From the NCBI GenBank assembly GCA_947632555.1, contig CANRPU010000013.1, positions 21,082-85,081 on the forward strand: DNA of 64,000 nt. The letters run 5' to 3'. Position numbers and translations under genes: made by a program. This document shows, one piece after another, positions 1 to 10,083 of this stretch. This stretch comes from an uncultured Lachnospiraceae bacterium. GTDB lineage: Bacteria; Bacillota; Clostridia; Lachnospirales; Lachnospiraceae. The notes under the pieces were generated by a model that saw only the letters and a list, made by a program, of their open reading frames with translations, had not been told where the DNA came from and ran no database searches. Position 1 is the first letter of the stretch. The number at the start of each line of letters is the position of its first letter.

Positions 1-156
1 ACGGCTATCTGTCCGGAATGCGGGCGTTCTTACATCTCCGGGGGCACCACCAATACCCAGATCAAGTATTATAATGAAGAAAACCCGTATCAGCAGGAAT
101 TAAAATCCGCCGACCGGGCCAGATACAGCGGCAGGCATATCGACGCTGCCGTCTAA
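1..156 (+). CDS. 3' end of a hypothetical protein (partial, runs off the window)
   Basis: Frame 1 is open from base 1 to TAA at 154-156 and reads TAICPECGRSYISGGTTNTQIKYYNEENPY..., including a CxxC motif. An RBS-like GGGGG follows before the next gene. Confidence 0.5.
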   Translation, partial: TAICPECGRSYISGGTTNTQIKYYNEENPYQQELKSADRARYSGRHIDAAV

Positions 157-167
157 GGGGGACTTTC

Positions 168-884
168 ATGAACACCTGCTTATCCAGCGCGCAATTGAAA
201 GACAAGGCAAAAGGCTGTCTGGGGGGCCATTACGGATTTTTGATCGGCGCCATCCTTATCGAGAGTCTTATCTCTTATGCCGTTTCTTTTTTGAGCCCCG
301 CCCTGACTTTCTCCGCCAGCGTCCCGAGGTTTTTGATCGGGCAGGCAGTCAGTTTCTGTCTTTCCGTTTTTACCGGTGTTTTCAACGCCGGCTTCGCGCT
401 GATCTATCTGAAGCTGGCCTGCGGCGCCACTCCCGTTCTTTCCGATATTTTTTACGGCTATTCCCGCCGTTTCACCACTTCCCTGCAGTTGTCGCTGGTC
501 TATAACGCTCTTTCCCTGCTGCTTCTGGCGGCTTATATCCCGGCCTTTTGGGGACTGCGCGACGGCAATACCACGCTGCTGCTCCTCGCTATTCCCGTGG
601 CCGTCATCATGCAGGCCGTCTATATCCTGCTCTGGCTTCCTCTTTCCCAGTGCTATTATCTGATGCTGGATTTTCCGGACAAGAGCGCGGGAGAGATCCT
701 CTCCCTGAGCTGCCGCATCACGCGCGGCCAAAAAAGACGGCTCTTTCTCATCCTCTGCGGTTTTATCCCCATCATGCTACTGGGCATCCTTTCTGTCATC
801 GGTTTCCTGTGGGCAGGTCCCTATCTCCAGATGACAATGGCTCTCTTTTATCTGGACATCATGAAACCGGCACAGAAGAATTAA
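168..884 (+). CDS. DUF975-family integral membrane protein
   Basis: 238 aa with several hydrophobic helices. It begins S-S-A-Q-L-K-x-x-A-K and ends with the family-like SxxxxxGQKxRLFxxxxxFI...LW..PY pattern. Confidence 0.7.
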   Translation: MNTCLSSAQLKDKAKGCLGGHYGFLIGAILIESLISYAVSFLSPALTFSASVPRFLIGQAVSFCLSVFTGVFNAGFALIYLKLACGATPVLSDIFYGYSRRFTTSLQLSLVYNALSLLLLAAYIPAFWGLRDGNTTLLLLAIPVAVIMQAVYILLWLPLSQCYYLMLDFPDKSAGEILSLSCRITRGQKRRLFLILCGFIPIMLLGILSVIGFLWAGPYLQMTMALFYLDIMKPAQKN

Positions 885-2015
885 TCTTCCGCGCCGGCTA
901 CCGGTTTGGCTCCTGTGCTGAGCCATTTTAAATATCCGTTGATAAAACTGTCCAGAGCGCCGTCCAGCACCGCGTCCGCGTTGCCGTTGACCACTCCTGT
1001 CCGATGATCCTTCACCATGGTGTAAGGCTGCAGAACATAGGAGCGTATCTGATTGCCCCATCCGATCTCCTTGACCTCTCCTCTGATATCGGAAAGTTTT
1101 TCCGCGTTGGCTTCCTGCTTTAACAAAAACAGCTTGGCCTTCAGCATCTGCATGGCCTTGTCTTTATTCTGGAACTGGCTGCGCTCATTCTGGCACTGTA
1201 CCACCGTTCCCGTAGGAATATGGGTGATACGGATAGCGGAAGAGGTTTTATTGATATGCTGTCCGCCCGCTCCGCTGCTTCGATACGTGTCAATGCGCAG
1301 ATCTTCCTCATTGATCTCCACATCCAGATCTTCTTCGATATCCGGCATGACGTCTAAAGATACAAAGGAGGTCTGGCGTTTTCCCTGCGCGTTAAAAGGG
1401 GAAATCCTCACCAGCCTGTGCACGCCTTTTTCGGATTTCAGATAGCCGTAGGCGTTTTCCCCGTTCACCTGAAAGGTGATGGATTTGATCCCCGCTTCGT
1501 CCCCGTCCAAAAAGTCCAGCACTTCCACGGTGAATCCTTTCCGTTCCGCCCAGCGGGTATACATGCGGTAGAGCATACCGCACCAGTCGCAGCTTTCCGT
1601 GCCGCCCGCTCCCGCGTTCAGCTTTAAAATGGCGTTGTTCCCGTCATATTCCCCGGAAAGCAGCGTCCGGATCCGCATGGTTTCAAACGCGTCAATAAAG
1701 CCGTCCAGTTCTTCCTGTATCTCCGGCACCAGGGAAACGTCGTTTTCCTCATCCGCCATTTCGATCAGCGTCAGAATATCCTCGTACCGCGTATGGATAT
1801 CCTGATAGTCCCTGCAGGTATCCTGCAGATTTTTCAGTTCCTTCATCTGCCTGTTGGAGCGTTCCGGATTGTCCCAGAAATCCGGCGCTTCCATTTCCCG
1901 GCTCAGTTCTTCGATACGCTTTGACTTGGCAGCCAGGTCAAAGTGAATCCCTCACTTCCGCCAATGGAGTTTCGTAGGCCAGAAGCCTGGCCTTCATCTG
2001 ATCTGTTTCTACCAC
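881..2015 (-). CDS. prfB: Peptide chain release factor 2 (programmed +1 frameshift)
   Basis: The 3' ORF has the SPF and GGQ motifs. An upstream GTG at 2015 gives MVETDQMKARLLAYETPLAEVRDSL, then CTT-TGA-C, and the reading frame continues in +1. Confidence 0.97.
1937..1952 (-). other. prfB +1 ribosomal frameshift site with internal Shine-Dalgarno
   Basis: The minus strand reads AGGG-ATTCA-CTTTGAC, the canonical RF2 autoregulatory slippery site. Confidence 0.95.
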
Positions 2016-2047
2016 TCTGCGTCACCCTCTTTCATAAAAATGTGGTT

Positions 2048-4615
2048 TCAGGCCCTTCGGCCGCAGCACTGCTTATATTTTTTACCGCTTCCGCACGGGC
2101 AGGGATCATTGGGATAAATTTTGGTATTTTCCCTCCTGGACGGCATCTTCGGTCCGCTGTCATCCTTGTTGGTACCCGTTACCTTGGCTACCTGTTCCCT
2201 CTCTACCTTCTGCTCCAGCTTTACCCGCAGCAGCAGGCGGACAGTGTCTTCCTTGATATTTTCCGTCATCTCATCGAACATCTCGTATCCGCTGAGCTTA
2301 TATTCCACCAGCGGGTCCCTCTGTCCGTAGGCCTGCAGGCCGATCCCCTGGCGGAGCTGCTCCATATCGTCAATGTGGGCCATCCACTTTCTGTCGATCA
2401 CCTTCAGCAGGATCACCCGCTCCACCTCGCGCATCATTTCCGCTTCCGGGAACTCGGTTTCCTTGGCTTCATAGAGCTTGACAGCCTCTTCCTTCAACTG
2501 CTGCTTCAGGCCGTTTTTCTTTCCGGCGGTAATCCTCTCCCTGGTCAGGGGTTCCAGCGGGATGATGGGAAGCAGCAGAGCGTTCAGCTCGTTCAGATCC
2601 CATTCCGCGGGATCCGCGTCATCGCCGATGGCGGTATCCACGCAGCGCTCGGTAATATCCGTGATCATCTTATAGATCACGTCCCGCATACTCTCGCCGT
2701 CCAGCACCCTGCGCCTCTCGCCGTAGATGATCTCTCTCTGCTCGCTCATCACGCGGTCATACTCCAGCAGATTCTTCCGGATGCCGTAGTTGTTGTTTTC
2801 TATCTTCTTCTGAGCGGACTCAATGGCGTTGCTCAGCATCTTGTGCTCGATCTCCTGTCCTTCCGGGATTCCCAGCGCCGTAAACATATTGATCAGCCTT
2901 TCGGAACCGAACAGGCGCATCAGATCGTCTTCCAGAGAAATATAAAATCTGGATTCGCCGGGATCTCCCTGACGTCCCGCGCGCCCGCGCAGCTGGTTGT
3001 CGATACGTCTGGACTCATGGCGTTCCGTACCGATGATCTTAAGACCTCCGGCCTGCCTTGCCGCCTCGTCCAGCTTGATATCCGTACCGCGCCCGGCCAT
3101 GTTGGTGGCTATGGTCACCGCCCCGTGGATACCGGCGTCCGCTACGATCTCCGCTTCCAGTTCATGGAACTTCGCGTTCAGTACTTTATGCTCAATGCCC
3201 CGCTTTTTTAACATGGCGCTCAGCTCTTCCGAAGCCTCGATGGTAATGGTGCCCACCAGCACCGGCTGTCCCTTGGCATGAGCCTCCTCCACCGCCGCCA
3301 CAATGGCGCGGAGTTTCTCTTTTCTGGTCTTATATACCGCATCCTGGCGGTCTTCCCGGATCACCGGCCTGTTGGTGGGGATCTCGATCACGTCCATGCC
3401 GTAAATATCCCGGAATTCTCTCTCCTCGGTGAGCGCGGTACCCGTCATGCCGGCTTTCTTTTCAAAGAGATTAAAGAAATTCTGAAAGGTGATGCTGGCA
3501 AGGGTTTTGCTTTCCCTCTTGACCTTCACTTTCTCCTTGGCCTCTATGGCCTGGTGCAGACCGTCGGAATAACGGCGTCCTGGCATGATACGTCCCGTAA
3601 ACTCGTCCACGATCAGCACCTGGTCATCCTTTACCACGTAGTCCTTGTCCCGCGCCATCAGGTTGTGGGCCCGCAGCGCCAGGATCACGTTATGCTGGAT
3701 CTCCAGATTTTCCGGGTCCGCGTAGTTGTCGATCTGAAAAAACCGCTCCACTTTTTCGATGCCCGCCGCGGTCAGGTTCACGATCTTGTCCTTTTCATTG
3801 ACAATAAAATCCCCGGTTTCCTCCTGTACCACGCCCATCAGGGCATCCATCTTGGAAAGCTCCGCCATGTCCTCGCCCCTGCGCATCTGGCGGGCCAGGA
3901 TATCACACATTTCATAGAGCTTGGTGGATTTGCCGCTCTGCCCGGAGATGATCAACGGCGTTCTGGCCTCGTCGATCAGCACGGAATCCACCTCGTCGAT
4001 AATGGCGTAGTGCAGTCCCCGCAGAACCAGCTGTTTCTTATATACCACCATGTTGTCGCGCAGGTAGTCAAATCCCAGCTCATTGTTGGTCACATAAGTG
4101 ATATCGCAGTTATAGGCCTCCCGTCTTTCATCCGGCGTCATGCTGTTTAATACCACGCCCACTTTCAGGCCCAGAAATTCATGCACCTGTCCCATCCACT
4201 CGGCATCTCTGTGCGCCAGATAGTCGTTGACGGTCACGATATGCACTCCCTTGCCCTCCAGGGCATTGAGGTAAGCAGGCAGCGTGGAAACCAGCGTCTT
4301 TCCTTCACCGGTACGCATCTCGGCAATACGCCCCTGGTGCAGGATGATGCCGCCTACCAGCTGTACCCGGTAATGTTCCATATTCAGGACACGCCTCGCG
4401 GCCTCACGCACCACCGCGTAAGCCTCAGGGAGCAGGTCATCCAGCGTTTCCCCTTCTTTCAGACGCTTTTTAAACTCGTCCGTTTTCGCCTTTAATTCTT
4501 CGTCGGATGCTTCCAGCATGGCAGGGCGCAGCGACTCGATCTTATCTACCAGAGGGTCGATCCGCTTTAATTCCCTGGCGCTGTGTGTTCCGAATATCTT
4601 TGTCACTAGATTCAT
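2048..4615 (-). CDS. secA: Preprotein translocase ATPase SecA
   Basis: Motifs [27 protein letters not shown] and [16 protein letters not shown], plus the C-terminal [13 protein letters not shown] zinc motif. Start set at MNLVTKIFG. Confidence 0.98.
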   Translation of the reverse strand: MNLVTKIFGTHSARELKRIDPLVDKIESLRPAMLEASDEELKAKTDEFKKRLKEGETLDDLLPEAYAVVREAARRVLNMEHYRVQLVGGIILHQGRIAEMRTGEGKTLVSTLPAYLNALEGKGVHIVTVNDYLAHRDAEWMGQVHEFLGLKVGVVLNSMTPDERREAYNCDITYVTNNELGFDYLRDNMVVYKKQLVLRGLHYAIIDEVDSVLIDEARTPLIISGQSGKSTKLYEMCDILARQMRRGEDMAELSKMDALMGVVQEETGDFIVNEKDKIVNLTAAGIEKVERFFQIDNYADPENLEIQHNVILALRAHNLMARDKDYVVKDDQVLIVDEFTGRIMPGRRYSDGLHQAIEAKEKVKVKRESKTLASITFQNFFNLFEKKAGMTGTALTEEREFRDIYGMDVIEIPTNRPVIREDRQDAVYKTRKEKLRAIVAAVEEAHAKGQPVLVGTITIEASEELSAMLKKRGIEHKVLNAKFHELEAEIVADAGIHGAVTIATNMAGRGTDIKLDEAARQAGGLKIIGTERHESRRIDNQLRGRAGRQGDPGESRFYISLEDDLMRLFGSERLINMFTALGIPEGQEIEHKMLSNAIESAQKKIENNNYGIRKNLLEYDRVMSEQREIIYGERRRVLDGESMRDVIYKMITDITERCVDTAIGDDADPAEWDLNELNALLLPIIPLEPLTRERITAGKKNGLKQQLKEEAVKLYEAKETEFPEAEMMREVERVILLKVIDRKWMAHIDDMEQLRQGIGLQAYGQRDPLVEYKLSGYEMFDEMTENIKEDTVRLLLRVKLEQKVEREQVAKVTGTNKDDSGPKMPSRRENTKIYPNDPCPCGSGKKYKQCCGRRA

Positions 4616-4657
4616 ATAGTTCCGTACTCCCTTCACGCACATACATGCACAAATGAT

Positions 4658-4686
4658 ATTTTAACAGATTTAACCGCCGGATTCAA
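4658..4686 (-). promoter_or_regulatory. Sigma-A-type promoter for secA
   Basis: TTGAAT-N17-TAAAAT on the minus strand. Confidence 0.6.
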
Positions 4687-4733
4687 CCAAAAGCAGACGG
4701 AAACCATGAAAGTTTTATGAACAATCTGTGAAT

Positions 4734-4762
4734 TTGACTTCCGGAAAAAGAAACTTTATAAT
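4734..4762 (+). promoter_or_regulatory. Sigma-A-type promoter for the pectinesterase gene
   Basis: TTGACT-N17-TATAAT. Confidence 0.75.
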
Positions 4763-4792
4763 AAAAACAAAAAACGAAAAGGACGTCGGGTT

Positions 4793-5839
4793 ATGCCGGA
4801 AACCATTCATCTTTATGTCAACCATTCCGGGGGACAGCCCCGCTTTTCCTCCGTGGGAGAAGCTCTGGCTTCCCTGCCGGATATCAGATCCGCTCCTCCC
4901 TGTTTTCCCGCGCCGCCGGAACCCTCCGTGGCTCCGGTGGTCATCCACATCGGACCGGGCATCTACAGGGAACGCCTGGTGATCGAGCGCCCCTATGTGA
5001 CGCTGGAGGGAGAAAACGCGGAAAATACCGTTCTGACCTATGACCTGGCCGCCAGGGACAGAATGGAGGACGGCAGTTTCCGGGGCACCTTCCGCACCGC
5101 TTCCGTCCGTATCCATACCCATGATCTTACCGCCAGAAACATCACTTTTCAAAATACGGCGGGATACGGCCATACCGTGGGACAGGCCCTCGCTCTCTAT
5201 GCCGACGGGGACAGGCTTTTGTTTGAGGACTGCCGCTTCATCGCCAGCCAGGATACGCTTTTTACCGCTCCCCTTCCCCCTTCTCCCGCCAAACCGGGCG
5301 GTTTTACCGGTCCCGGCGAGCACGCTCCCCGGATCCCGGGCAGGCATCTGTACCGCCGCTGTTATTTACAGGGAGATGTGGATTTTATTTTTGGCGGCGC
5401 CACCGCCTATTTTGAAAAATGCACTGTTTTTTCCAAACAGCCCGCCGACCGCAAGCCCCCGGAGAGCCCCGCGGACGAAACCATCTACGGTTACATTACC
5501 GCCGCCTCCACCCCCGAAGGCGCGCCTTACGGCTACGTGTTCCGGGACTGCCGCCTGCTCAGTGACTGTCCGCCCCGCACCGTCTATCTGGGGCGCCCCT
5601 GGCGGGAATGGGCCAGGACCGTTTTTATACACTGTGAGATGGGTGCCCATATCCATCCCGCGGGATGGCATGACTGGCAGAAACCCCACGGCCATTTTTA
5701 CTACGGCGAATACGCGTCCTACGGAGAAGGCGGAAATACGGAGCGCAGAGCAGCCTTTTCCCACATCCTGACGGAAGAAGAAGCCTCCGCCTATACGCCG
5801 GAAAATGTGCTGAACGCTCCGGACGGCTGGCGGCCCTGA
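4793..5839 (+). CDS. Pectin methylesterase (CE8), no signal peptide
   Basis: Motifs PGIYRE, GQALAL, QDTLF, GDVDFIFG and YLGRPW. Confidence 0.9.
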   Translation: MPETIHLYVNHSGGQPRFSSVGEALASLPDIRSAPPCFPAPPEPSVAPVVIHIGPGIYRERLVIERPYVTLEGENAENTVLTYDLAARDRMEDGSFRGTFRTASVRIHTHDLTARNITFQNTAGYGHTVGQALALYADGDRLLFEDCRFIASQDTLFTAPLPPSPAKPGGFTGPGEHAPRIPGRHLYRRCYLQGDVDFIFGGATAYFEKCTVFSKQPADRKPPESPADETIYGYITAASTPEGAPYGYVFRDCRLLSDCPPRTVYLGRPWREWARTVFIHCEMGAHIHPAGWHDWQKPHGHFYYGEYASYGEGGNTERRAAFSHILTEEEASAYTPENVLNAPDGWRP

Positions 5840-5854
5840 GTCCGGCCAGACAGC

Positions 5855-7009
5855 CTAAAGACAAGTCAGATACAGAAAAACCGCCGGGAGCAGAATCGCC
5901 GCGAACAACAGGTTCACCAGGGTGAAGTACCGAAAGTACTTCCCCTTTTTTTCGGGCATTTCCCGGACTATAAATTTATAGGAGATCAAGCTGGCCATGG
6001 ATGCGATCAGAGTGCCCAGACCGCCGATATCCACGCCGGCCAAAAGCGCTGCCCCGTTGTGGGTAAAACCAGCCAGGAGCGCGGCGGCAGGCACATTGCT
6101 GATAATCTGGCTGGCGCCGAAAGCCACAACCAGTTCCCTGCCCTCTAAAAGCCGTTCCAGCAGACTGCTGACCACATGGATCCTGCCCATATTTCCCACA
6201 AAGACAAAGAATCCCACAAAGGTAAGCAGCAAAGAGTAATCCACCTGTAACAGTACTGCGGGCCGCAGAAGCAGCGCGCCGAGAAGGGCCGCCGCAAAGG
6301 GAACCGCCGCGGGCAGCAGCCGCAATACCGTAAGCAGGCAGAGGCAAAAGGTCACGCCGTAAAAGATCAGCCGCGCGGCCGCCTTTCCTCCCGCCTCCCG
6401 CGCTCCGGTCCCGGCAGCGGGTACGGCAGTTTCCAGCGGTTCCTTTTTCACGCGCAGCACGCAGCAGAGCAGGAGCAGAGCGGATATCCCCGTAATGGGC
6501 GCCGTCACCTTCATAAATTCCGGCAGGCTCATGCCGAAAGCGGTGTAAAGATAAAGGTTCTGCGGATTTCCTATGGGTGTCAGCGAACTGCCCATATTGG
6601 CGGCTACGGTTTCATACACCGTAAGCGGCACCGCCAGTTCCTCTTTTCCCGCCATTTTTAAAAGCAGCAGCGTAAAAGGCACGAATGTGATCAGCGCCAC
6701 ATCGTTGGTAATGAGCATGGCGGAAAAAAAGCACAGAAACACCATGCTCAGGCAGAGCTTTCCTGTGGTATCCGCCTTTTTCAGCAGCACGCGCGCCGCC
6801 CTGTCAAAAACGCCCAGTTCCTTCAGTCCCGCCGTCACCACCATCAGCGCGAACAAAAGTCCCAGCACCCGAAAGTCGATATAGCCGGCATAGGCTTTAT
6901 CCGGCGGCACAAAAAATGAGGAAGCGGCGCCCAAAAACAGCGCCGCGCAAAGTACCGCTTCTCTTTTTATAAATTCCGCGCATTTTTTCCCCGCTTTTTT
7001 CATCTCCAT
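5855..7009 (-). CDS. IT-superfamily (SLC13/ArsB/NhaD-like) anion permease
   Basis: 384 aa, highly hydrophobic, with the motifs ITNDVALITFVP, ANMGSSLTPIGNPQN, SQIISNVPAA and GTLIASMA. Confidence 0.75.
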   Translation of the reverse strand: MEMKKAGKKCAEFIKREAVLCAALFLGAASSFFVPPDKAYAGYIDFRVLGLLFALMVVTAGLKELGVFDRAARVLLKKADTTGKLCLSMVFLCFFSAMLITNDVALITFVPFTLLLLKMAGKEELAVPLTVYETVAANMGSSLTPIGNPQNLYLYTAFGMSLPEFMKVTAPITGISALLLLCCVLRVKKEPLETAVPAAGTGAREAGGKAAARLIFYGVTFCLCLLTVLRLLPAAVPFAAALLGALLLRPAVLLQVDYSLLLTFVGFFVFVGNMGRIHVVSSLLERLLEGRELVVAFGASQIISNVPAAALLAGFTHNGAALLAGVDIGGLGTLIASMASLISYKFIVREMPEKKGKYFRYFTLVNLLFAAILLPAVFLYLTCL

Positions 7010-7027
7010 GTCCCCGTCATACCGCGC

Positions 7028-7867
7028 TTACCGTATTTTTTCATACAGCCCCAGGATATGGTCCCTGCACTGTATACTGTCCGCCGGCGTGGTATTCTCC
7101 AGCGTCACATGCATATAGGGCTTTCTTTCTTTTATAAATCTCAGCACCGCGGTATAATCCATTTCTCCCAGACCGGCCCCCACGGATACCAGCCCGCCTT
7201 CCCTGACCTGAAAATCCTTAAGATGGACCATGGCGATATCGCTGCCCAGCACTTCTATGGCCTCTTCCACGATTTCTTTCTGCCGTCCGCAGTTGCTGAT
7301 ATCCAGCAGATTCACGGGATCCAGTATGACCTGCAGGTTGGGCGATCCTATCTCGTCAAGCACCTGTCTGGCTCTGGCGGGATCATACACAATATGCTTA
7401 AAAACCGGCTCGATGGCCACGATAACGCCCATCTTTTCCGCGTACTCCACCACGGGCCGCAGATTTTCGATAAAGACGCGCAGCGCTTCCCCGCCATGGC
7501 ACTCCGGCACCGGCGTATAGGTTTCATTGGGAGCTCCCGTTTCCGTTCCCACCACGCCGCAGCCTAAAAGGGACGCGAAACGGATATGCGCCATATAGCG
7601 TCTTTGTATAGCCGCCAGCTTTTCCGGATTGGGATTCGCCAGATTGAGGTAACAGCCCAGCACCGCGATATCCACATCATTTTTCGCGAACACCTTCCTG
7701 ATATACATGGCCAGTCCCGGCGTCAGCGCGCCGTCATCCGTAGGAAACTCTTCTATCACCTTGGAAAGAGCCAGATGCCCGCAGGTAAATCCCAGCTCCC
7801 GCACGTCCGCGATCCTCTCTTCAAAGGGTAATTTTTTTGTATCATGCAATCTGATCCCAAGCTGCAC
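7028..7867 (-). CDS. Sugar-phosphate isomerase/epimerase family TIM-barrel protein
   Basis: Metal-ligand pattern AIEP...DPVN...HLKD...TLEN. Confidence 0.8.
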   Translation of the reverse strand: MQLGIRLHDTKKLPFEERIADVRELGFTCGHLALSKVIEEFPTDDGALTPGLAMYIRKVFAKNDVDIAVLGCYLNLANPNPEKLAAIQRRYMAHIRFASLLGCGVVGTETGAPNETYTPVPECHGGEALRVFIENLRPVVEYAEKMGVIVAIEPVFKHIVYDPARARQVLDEIGSPNLQVILDPVNLLDISNCGRQKEIVEEAIEVLGSDIAMVHLKDFQVREGGLVSVGAGLGEMDYTAVLRFIKERKPYMHVTLENTTPADSIQCRDHILGLYEKIR

Positions 7868-7879
7868 CGTTTTCTCTCC

Positions 7880-9439
7880 TTACTCTGATCTTTCGATCTC
7901 ATCCACGTTTTTCAGTTCCAGGGCTTCTCCCGCCTGTCCTTCTATCCGCACATTTTCCAGGCGGAGCTTTGCTACATTTCTGGCGAAAAGGCCTCTCCGG
8001 GAAGAAGGCTCCACGCCCTCCGACATGGCCGGCACGCCAGATTTCGGATTGTCGGAATAGGAAACGGAAATGTTGCGCAGCACCAGTTCTTCTATCTTGG
8101 CCTCCGGCAGCCCGTCAAAATAAGCCGCCGCCACATGGCACCCGGTACAGTCCATATTTTCAAAGACCAGTTTCTTTACCACGGGGGTCCTCTCATCTAC
8201 AGGATACGCTTCCCTGCTCTGGACATACTCCGTTTTTCCGTCCGGGTCGCAGAAATAGAAGCAGTTCACCACCAAAGGCGTCATCACCTCGTTCAGCGTC
8301 AGGTTTCGGAACACGATCCCGTCCAGCACGGCATCCCGGCCCCTTCCTCTTCTGGTCTTGATACGCAGCCCTCTGTCGGTATGGCGGAAAAGGCAGTCCT
8401 CCACCGTCATATTGAGAACGCCCCCGGCCATTTCGCTTCCCACAGTCACCGCGCCGTGCCCGTTTTCCATCAGGCACTGTCTGATGCGCAGATCCTCGCA
8501 GGGACGTTTGTACTTCCTGCCCATATAGATCTTGCCGGATTTGACCGCGATGCAGTCATCTCCCAGGGAGAACCTCACTCCCAGCACCTCCACATTCCGG
8601 CAGGATTCCGGGTCCAGACCGTCTGTATTGGGAGAATCCTGGGGATTCTTCACCGTCACGCCCACGAACCGCAGATCCTCGCTGAAAAAAGGATGGATCG
8701 TCCAGGACGGGGAATTTTGGAACGTAACGCCCTGCAGCGCCACCTGCCTGCTGCCGCTCAGGAAAAACAGCCTGGGACGGAACGCGATGTTCATTACCTT
8801 GGGATCCTTCCACCAGTTGTCCCTGGAAGCGCATCCGTCGATGACGCCCTCACCGTAGAGTACCACATCCTCCACGCCCACGCCGCAGATGATGCCGGAA
8901 AACATAGGCAGCGGATTCCCTTCCCAGGTTCCCAGGATCAGCTCGCTCTCCCCGTCATAACTTTCCGTCACCGCGGGAAACACCGGGAAACGCGTTCTGT
9001 CCGTATCCGCCAGCAGCGCCGCTCCCGCCGCGAGCTCCAGTCTGAGTCCGCTCTTTAAGAAAAGGCTGGTAACACGGTAGGTTCCCGCCGGGATCAGCAC
9101 CCTGCTCTTTGGCGGGCAGGCCATAATGGCCGCCTGGATAAAATGCGTGTCATCCTGCACGCCGTCACCCTTCGCGCCGAATCTTCTGACATCCAGCGTC
9201 ACAAACTCCTCCTCGGTGCGCAGACAGACCTTTCCGGCTTCCCTGACGCCTTCCCTGACGGAGATCTCATAATCCGTGTCCGGTTTTAACCCGTAGATCC
9301 CTTTTATCACGGTGGAGGCTTCTCCGTAATATTCCCCGTTCACATACAGTTCGTAAACGGCTTTGGTAAAATATCTTCCTCCGTCCGCGATTTCCACTGA
9401 AGCGCTCCTCGCGGTGCGCATGACACATCTTACATCCAT
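7880..9439 (-). CDS. GH28 polygalacturonase-family glycoside hydrolase, no signal peptide
   Basis: Motifs FGAKGDG, PNTDGLD, GDDCIA, GHG and GLRIK. Confidence 0.9.
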   Translation of the reverse strand: MDVRCVMRTARSASVEIADGGRYFTKAVYELYVNGEYYGEASTVIKGIYGLKPDTDYEISVREGVREAGKVCLRTEEEFVTLDVRRFGAKGDGVQDDTHFIQAAIMACPPKSRVLIPAGTYRVTSLFLKSGLRLELAAGAALLADTDRTRFPVFPAVTESYDGESELILGTWEGNPLPMFSGIICGVGVEDVVLYGEGVIDGCASRDNWWKDPKVMNIAFRPRLFFLSGSRQVALQGVTFQNSPSWTIHPFFSEDLRFVGVTVKNPQDSPNTDGLDPESCRNVEVLGVRFSLGDDCIAVKSGKIYMGRKYKRPCEDLRIRQCLMENGHGAVTVGSEMAGGVLNMTVEDCLFRHTDRGLRIKTRRGRGRDAVLDGIVFRNLTLNEVMTPLVVNCFYFCDPDGKTEYVQSREAYPVDERTPVVKKLVFENMDCTGCHVAAAYFDGLPEAKIEELVLRNISVSYSDNPKSGVPAMSEGVEPSSRRGLFARNVAKLRLENVRIEGQAGEALELKNVDEIERSE

Positions 9440-9444
9440 GAACT

Positions 9445-10005
9445 TTATTCTACCTCCTGCAGGCAGCGCCCCAGCGCTCCGTATTTTTCCGTGGAAAGCA
9501 GTTCGTTTTCACAGGCTCTCGCGATCGCCTTTCCCGCTCTGCGCAGGGCGGCGGTATCTTCTCCCAGCGGCCCTTCCTTGATCTCTTCCATGGGAAACCG
9601 CCGCAGGACGATCTTTTCCTTCTCCGTCAGAAGCCTCACCTGATCCTTCAACAGATCCTGTATGCTCCTGTAATGTTCATAGATCTCCGGGCTCATCACC
9701 AGGAGCGTGTCCGTCAGAAGCTCCAGAAAATCCGCGGCCTGCCCGGTCCGGTAGTCCTTCTTTAAGCGTCCTCCCAGGCAGCCAAGCTGCACCGCGATAT
9801 CCGCGTATCCCGCCTTTCCGCCGTATCTGGTTTCATATTCCATATAGACGGGATAGACCAGTCTGCCCGCCTCATACACGTCCATTTCCGGCTGAAACGC
9901 CACGAAAACGCCGTCCTCATCCCTGGGCAGCATCCTGACAAATTCCCCCGCGTCCTTTATGGCCTGCTCTCCGCCCGCGCGGGCCTTTTCCAAAAATACC
10001 TTCAC
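9445..10005 (-). CDS. Short, degenerate GH105/GH88-like protein
   Basis: The segments PVYMEYETRYGGKAGYADI and IYEHYRSIQDLLK resemble GH105 helices, but the protein is only about 186 aa. GTG start follows a purine-rich RBS. Confidence 0.55.
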   Translation of the reverse strand: MKVFLEKARAGGEQAIKDAGEFVRMLPRDEDGVFVAFQPEMDVYEAGRLVYPVYMEYETRYGGKAGYADIAVQLGCLGGRLKKDYRTGQAADFLELLTDTLLVMSPEIYEHYRSIQDLLKDQVRLLTEKEKIVLRRFPMEEIKEGPLGEDTAALRRAGKAIARACENELLSTEKYGALGRCLQEVE

Positions 10006-10083
10006 GTAAACCCCTTCTTTCCTTCCCACTGCAGAGAATGTCCGGCCGCAGATGAAAACAGCCTGCTGCCGGACATTCCTCTC

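Noticed and set aside
881-1894. prfB as a truncated pseudogene
   Set aside because: The missing N-terminus is supplied by the canonical programmed frameshift.
1943-4495. Long plus-strand ORFs opposite secA, and similar antisense ORFs across the window
   Set aside because: They fully overlap well-supported genes on the other strand and have no recognisable motifs. Such shadow ORFs are expected in GC-rich coding DNA.
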